A stretch of 64,000 nt of DNA, from NCBI GenBank assembly GCA_951406725.2, contig OX597814.1:41540001-41604000 (forward strand), given 5' to 3'. The notes below the pieces were generated by a model. That model was not told the DNA's origin, did not search any database, and worked only from the letters and a program-made list of their open reading frames with translations. The position numbers and the translations under genes were made by a program. Each line of letters opens with the position of its first letter. Within the stretch, counting starts at the first letter, position 1. The DNA is from Octopus vulgaris. Lineage: Eukaryota. Shown piece by piece: positions 57,965 through 64,000 of the stretch.

Positions 57965-58649
57965 CGCTGAGACACACACATGTACTTGTATGTTATGTAT
58001 GTCTATGCTGCAGTGAACCTCCCTCTACTCCCCCTCTTTCTGTAAGTCACTGGAAAGAATTTTAATTCTATATATTTCCTTTTTTTTTACTCTCTACATC
58101 CTCTTGTCTATATTTGATGTTTGGTATATTCAACCTTCCCTCGCTCTGCCTGTTTTATTCAATTTCAATGGCTTTCTTTCTCGATAGATACCTAAGTGAT
58201 CTTGTAAATATTCTTGCTTCATCTAATTATGGCACTTACATATTCTAGCCACTCCAATCAATCTTTGACTTTCCTCTAACATTTCCTCCTGAACAGCTCC
58301 TGAATTCCTGTACAGAAACACAAACACGCACAAAACACATACACACACAACACACACACGTAGACACGCGCACATGCACACAAATACATTATACCACTAT
58401 AACATATATCTGTACGCTGGTAACAGCCCAAAAATACAAACTCATACACAAGCATCACAGCAACAAAATTACATGCATATTAATACTATTTAATCATAGA
58501 ACAGGTTTATTGATCGTTCGTTGAATCGTAGCATTTTCACTGTTTACGAGTATATGAAAACATATAGAGATGCGTATATCATTTGATTATGTATGTATGT
58601 ACATTATGTAATAATATGTATATAATTATATTATTTTATGCTTATACAT

Positions 58650-58874
58650 ATTTCAGTCATTTGACTGCGGTCATACTGGAGCACCGCATTTGGTCAAAGC
58701 TAGGCCCCAGGAGTTATTCTTTCTATTTCTTTTACAGAAACACTAAGTTAGGGTGATTTAAACACATCAACATCGGTTGCCAAGCGTTGGTGGATTGACA
58801 GGCACAGACACATAAATTGATATAAATATACATATATATATATATATATACATACATACACACACACACGCACG

Positions 58875-58924
<50 letters not shown>

Positions 58925-59128
58925 TATAGCGCTTAGGAATAGAAAAAGGATTGTACGTTTCGAGCCTACGCTCTTCGACAGAAAGATACACAGAAAAACA
59001 CAAGGGGAGAGAAAAAAGGAGAGAAAAAAAGGAGAGAAAAAAAGAGAGAAACAAGGGGAGAAAAAAAGAAGAGAAAAAAGGAGAGAAAACTACATGCACA
59101 CCTATATATATATATATATGTATTTATG

Positions 59129-59162
<34 letters not shown>

Positions 59163-59365
59163 TGTATGTATGTATGTATGTATGTTCGTATGTATGTGTG
59201 TATAGATACAAAGGCCTTCTTTCAGTTTCCATCTACCAAATGCACTCACGAAGCTTTGGTCGGCCGGGAATTTAATAGAAGACACTTGCCCAAGCTACCG
59301 TGCAATGTGACTGTACCTGGAACCATTTGCTTGAGAAGCAAGTTTCTTGCCACTCAGCCACATCT
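58650..59365 (-). mobile_element. SINE family A (head 59212-59365, tail 58650-58810) interrupted by a nested insertion
   Basis: Head and tail in consistent orientation, flanking the internal microsatellite. Confidence 0.75.
58921..59095 (-). mobile_element. PLE-like fragment with CUGUCGA HHR-like motif (family copy 3) nested in the SINE
   Basis: Minus strand tcttt-CTGTCGA-a-gagcgtaggctc-GAAACGTA; shares ttagtatagcgct.aggaataga with 49019-49041. Confidence 0.6.
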
Positions 59366-59584
59366 ATGAATGTACACATACATATACATACACAAATTTA
59401 TATACATATGTGTGTATATGCATATGTATATGGTGTGTTTGTCTGTGTATGACTGTATTTGTGTATGAATGTAAACATATGGGTACACAGACATAATGCA
59501 TGTGAGAGCATTCGTAAATATACTAAGACTCGTGTATATAAATGCTTATACACAGCACTAACATGCACACGTATATATGTATAC

Positions 59585-59649
<65 letters not shown>

Positions 59650-59650
59650 A

Positions 59651-59683
<33 letters not shown>

Positions 59684-60001
59684 CGTGTACATATTTATAT
59701 ACAAACATACATATATATATATGCATCTATGTGTATACACATACGTATACATATATAGAATACATACACATATATGTACATATCGCATATATATATACAT
59801 ATACAAGCGTGTGCGTTCATGCGTGTGTGTGTCATCTTTCTGTGAGTCCATGTGCAAAGGAAAGGTGAAGGAAGAACGGGAGAATGGGTCGAAGTTATGT
59901 ATGCGTTAATATGAAGGATATGAGCGTATTTCTGTCTTCATATAGATGTATATTTAAGAGTGCGTTATTATACATATACGCACATACACACGTATTTATA
60001 C

Positions 60002-60068
<67 letters not shown>

Positions 60069-60080
60069 TATATATATGAG

Positions 60081-60145
<65 letters not shown>

Positions 60146-60897
60146 TAAATATATAAATGTATGTGTGTTTATGTGCTTGTGTGTGAATGTGTGTGGTGTT
60201 ATGTTTGTGCATGTGTACGCGTCTGTGTTTGTGCATGTGTCTGTGTGGGTATCTCTGTGTGCGTGTGTCTGTGTGCGTGGAAATTCTTTACTGTTGCTGT
60301 TTCACTATATCTGCCTGATAGATGTTATAATCACCAAAGCCGTAATATAAATAGGTAGAATACATCAAAAGAGGAAATTTGTAACAGCTTCATTATAGGT
60401 TTCGGTTCGTGTAATCACTTTGTAGGTTGATAATACTTTAAATGTCATACTACCTATGGAATCTAAACGTTTTATCAGTTTCAGTATGAAGAATTGTTTG
60501 AACTGGAAAACTCTAGTGAACGGAAGCATGCAAGCCGTAATCCGGATATCCGGCAACTGTTTCATATACACGTTATATTAATGTTTGTGCTTAACTTAAA
60601 GGGGATTCGATTAAAAAAATGTATATCAACGGAAATGTATAACAAGTGGGAAGCGTGCTAGAAAGATGTAATGCCTTGTGTGAATAGGTCACATTCATGA
60701 GTAGATGTCAATATTAGATATGAAGCAGAAGTTGGATATATATATATTTGCAAGTAATATAACGTATTAAAGAATGCCATAGAAAAACCGTGTCTTATAA
60801 TCTATGGAGAAAATGCAACTACAAAATTGCAGCACTTTGAGAACTTCAAAAGTGACACGGATTTGGCAGTAAATACCTAACGTAGTTTTAATGTTTG

Positions 60898-61062
60898 AGG
60901 CGTAGGGATGGCTGTGTGCTAAGAAGTTAGCTTCCCAACAATATTGCTTCTGGTTCCGTCCCCATGAGAGATACTTTCGGAAAACATTTATTGCTATTGC
61001 CTTGAGCCGACTAAAACCAGGTGAGTGGATTTCTTAAGCGTAAACTGAACTATGGCCGTCGC
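60898..61062 (+). mobile_element. SINE family A head
   Basis: ggcgtagggatggctgtgtgctaagaagttagcttcccaac...ggttccgtccc. Confidence 0.7.
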
Positions 61063-61088
61063 ACACACAGGCACACACATATGCACAC

Positions 61089-61157
<69 letters not shown>

Positions 61158-61159
61158 AG

Positions 61160-61191
<32 letters not shown>

Positions 61192-61254
61192 GAGAGAGCG
61201 AGAGAGAGAGAGAGAGCTCAAGCCTTTTATGCGTAAGAAGAAATTAGACACATC

Positions 61255-61408
61255 ATGTGTGGCTTTATGGTAAGCAGCTTGCTTCCCAATCACATGCTGC
61301 CGGTTCATTCCCACTTCGTTGCATCTTGGTCAAGTGTCTTCTACTTTAGCCTCGGACCAACCAAAGCCGTCTGAGTGGATTTGGGGGAGAGAAACTGATA
61401 AAATCCCG

Positions 61409-61442
<34 letters not shown>

Positions 61443-61610
61443 GTCCAGATTCAATTCCCAAACCTTCCTCTCATTTTCTCTACCAATTAGCAAAAGAAAA
61501 TGATGGAATAAGTATTAGACTTAAAAATAATAAGTCCTGGGCTCGATTTCTGCGACTAAAGTTGGTGGTCCAGCTTGGCCGCTGTCAAATGACAAGAAGA
61601 AAAGAATATA
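61255..61610 (+). mobile_element. SINE family A, internally deleted
   Basis: gtggctttatggtaagcagcttgcttcccaatc...ggttcattcccac...; tail aagtcctgggctcgattt...cagcttggccgctgtcaaatgac. Confidence 0.75.
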
Positions 61611-61760
61611 TAATTGTCTGTATACCTACACAATTTGATTCCTACTATAGACTTTCTTTACCTTGTGGAACGAGTCCCTTTAAAGACATCAAAGTTTACG
61701 AATATTTTGAGCACTAGTAAGTTTTTCAAATTCAGGTGCATTTTCACAAACAAATTTGCC

Positions 61761-61822
<62 letters not shown>

Positions 61823-62770
61823 CTACCAAGTGTATTTCACTTTGCGCAATCCACATAGCCCCTTATAATTTGTTTTATTTCTGGGCATATTAGGAAAAGA
61901 TTTGCAAATTTGTATTCTACTCACAGGAATTCAAACAGCTATGAAAAATTGTCTTTTGAATTTTTCGAATCTTAGCTAATATTGCTTTCGTTAATTTATT
62001 GAATCTTTCCAAAAATGTGGACTGTCCTTATTTTTAACTGTAATTGAAATAAATTACAGTTAAAAATAAGGACAGACCGCATTTTTGGCTTAAAACCCAA
62101 CAATAGAACATTTAATATGTTTATAGTGAGTAATATATTGAAAAATATTGATAAATCAGATAAATAAGAGGGTATTAGGTGGTCATGTGGTGTGCTAAAT
62201 AGAAGAGCTAAACATGCATTAAATAATGCACCAAGATTTTTTTTCTGTTTTTGTTTTCTTTTGTGCGCAATTGTATGAATTCCCATGTGTATAATATTAA
62301 TCTGAAACATTTTATGAAAATCCACCAAAATAAACATGTTATGAGTTGTTTAATGGCGTGCATAAATCACAAATGCGCCCAAAAATCCTGGGTAGGACTT
62401 TAAACTACACCTGGTTATGGGGTTCTGAGTCAAGATTTCCGAGGTTTTGGGGAATGTGGACCACCTCTTAGCCAATGATGTTTTTAGGTTTTCTCTGATC
62501 TATAGTATTTGGACCTGTCAGTGTCCCAGTTATGTATTTACTAGAATATGTTCGATGGGACGTAGATATATTCAGCTTGGTATCCGAGGGCGCATTAATC
62601 CAATTCTGAGTGGGGGCTCTCGATATTTCTTAAGGCTTCTCTCTAGAAGAAGGCTAACTCGCATATAAAATCTTCTGCTCTATTGAGCAGGATACCTTGC
62701 ACTTTCGTGATCCGGAAAGTGACAGTCAATATAAGAAAGGTAGAGAGTAGTGTTTGGAGGTAATAAGAAC

Positions 62771-63788
62771 TACGTGCGTCGGTTGAACACTTCATTGGAT
62801 CTGATGGAATATGATTAAAGTAGGTTTACTTTTCAAAATAATCCCATCAGGGGTCCACACATGTCTTCTATCGTTGTTGCAGTGATTGGATTATGTTGTT
62901 AAAAAACCCACCAAGAACAGATTTGATGTGATCCTCCTTACTATGCTGGTTTCCTCCCAATACTGCTTAATGTTGAGGAACAAATGATACTCAGATAGGG
63001 ACAATCACGCGCAAAAACCATTGAAAACAAGAATTTGTGTAAAACAGCATTTCCTTGATGAAGTAAGTCTCTTTCCGCCAGTTTTTCCGAGTTTTTGTTC
63101 TTGGTAGCCTTTTGTAACTGCCTCAGCATGTTGACAAAATACTTTCCAGTGATGATGTAGTCTTATTGGAACATAGTCAATAAATACACTAAAGATTTCA
63201 TTCTAAAAACTGAGTCCATCACCTTTTCTTCAGATAGAACGAGATTGACATTTTGGAGCAGGGGGTGGAATGTCTCTAATGCTTGGATCGTCTTTCGGTA
63301 TCTCTGGCAAATAGTGATGAACCCAATACTCATCCCGGGTTAGGAAACGTTGAAGGAAAACATTTGAATAGGCGTTAAACAATGCCTTATTTACCTGTGA
63401 TGTGATCAACCTGGTGTATATTTGATCAGGTGTCAGATACATAGCACCCAAGAAGAAGAAACATTTATGAGGCCAAATTCATTGTGCATCATATTCTCAA
63501 CTATCACGGGATACGCTAAAAGTTTTGACTAATTGATTTATAGTCAATCGCCTGCTATTCATTACCATATAGTGAACAAAAGTGTTCCTTTGAGGTGGCT
63601 GTCCATTTTCAAGAGAAATAACTACGGATTACTTTTGAAGTCTTCTTTGAACAGTTGTCTGGCACATCATCTGCAGAGAAACGATGCAGTTACTAATAAC
63701 AAGCATTGAAATTAATGCATGTAAGATTATATAGCTATAGCATCACACGTTTATTGTCAGCTTATGCATTTTTAAACCCCCCTTCATA
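62771..63788 (-). mobile_element. Mariner relic with decayed TIRs
   Basis: FLTRDEYWVHHYLPE (TGDETWVHHY motif), TGKYF..LRQLQKA, LLHQGNA; ends tacgtgcgtcggttgaacacttc / ttttaaacccccttcata. Confidence 0.8.
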
Positions 63789-64000
63789 CTTTTAAACTGA
63801 GACCTAAGTTAAACGCGTGGAAAAACGAGAAAAGAAATCTGGACAGAAGAAACCGTATGAATTGTTTGCAGACACTTTTGTTTATCACTACGTTTACTTA
63901 TCTCGCTTTCTACGCATGTGAATTACTTCATGTAGCCAGCGGACTCTCTTTGAAGTGTTGAAAAGGCACTAATATTGGTTTAAAATGAGCACGAGATTAG

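Overview
Eukaryotic, very AT-rich, microsatellite-saturated intergenic or intronic DNA. The SINE families and repeat landscape look like an Octopus (cephalopod) genome; this is an inference. I found no supportable host protein-coding gene, and nearly all short ORFs in the track are translations of (TA)n/(CA)n/(GATA)n. The window is mostly mobile-element remains: CR1/L2-group LINEs (one young 5'-truncated copy with an intact RT ORF, 8691-10163), tRNA-derived SINEs whose 3' tail matches that LINE, R4/Dong-type RLE retroelement relics, L1/Tx1 relics, three mariner relics, non-autonomous and deleted Helitrons, and several Penelope-like elements (PLEs). Two things stand out. (1) A set of PLE-associated hammerhead-ribozyme (HHR) motifs with different catalytic-core variants: CUGAUGA/CUGAAGA, U3-A8, G3-C8 and a family-wide A6U. 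These include a ~160-200 bp non-coding palindromic mini-element present twice (10291-10450, 50265-50464), with its inversion centre at the 5' edge of the ribozyme in both copies. (2) Repeated local fold-back (inverted) duplications centred on (TA)n tracts (10218-10291, 25948-26909, 29232-29463, 36722-37517, 43160-43285), plus a Penelope element with ~936-bp inverted arms (19129-21964). All structures were read by eye and boundaries of degenerate relics are approximate.
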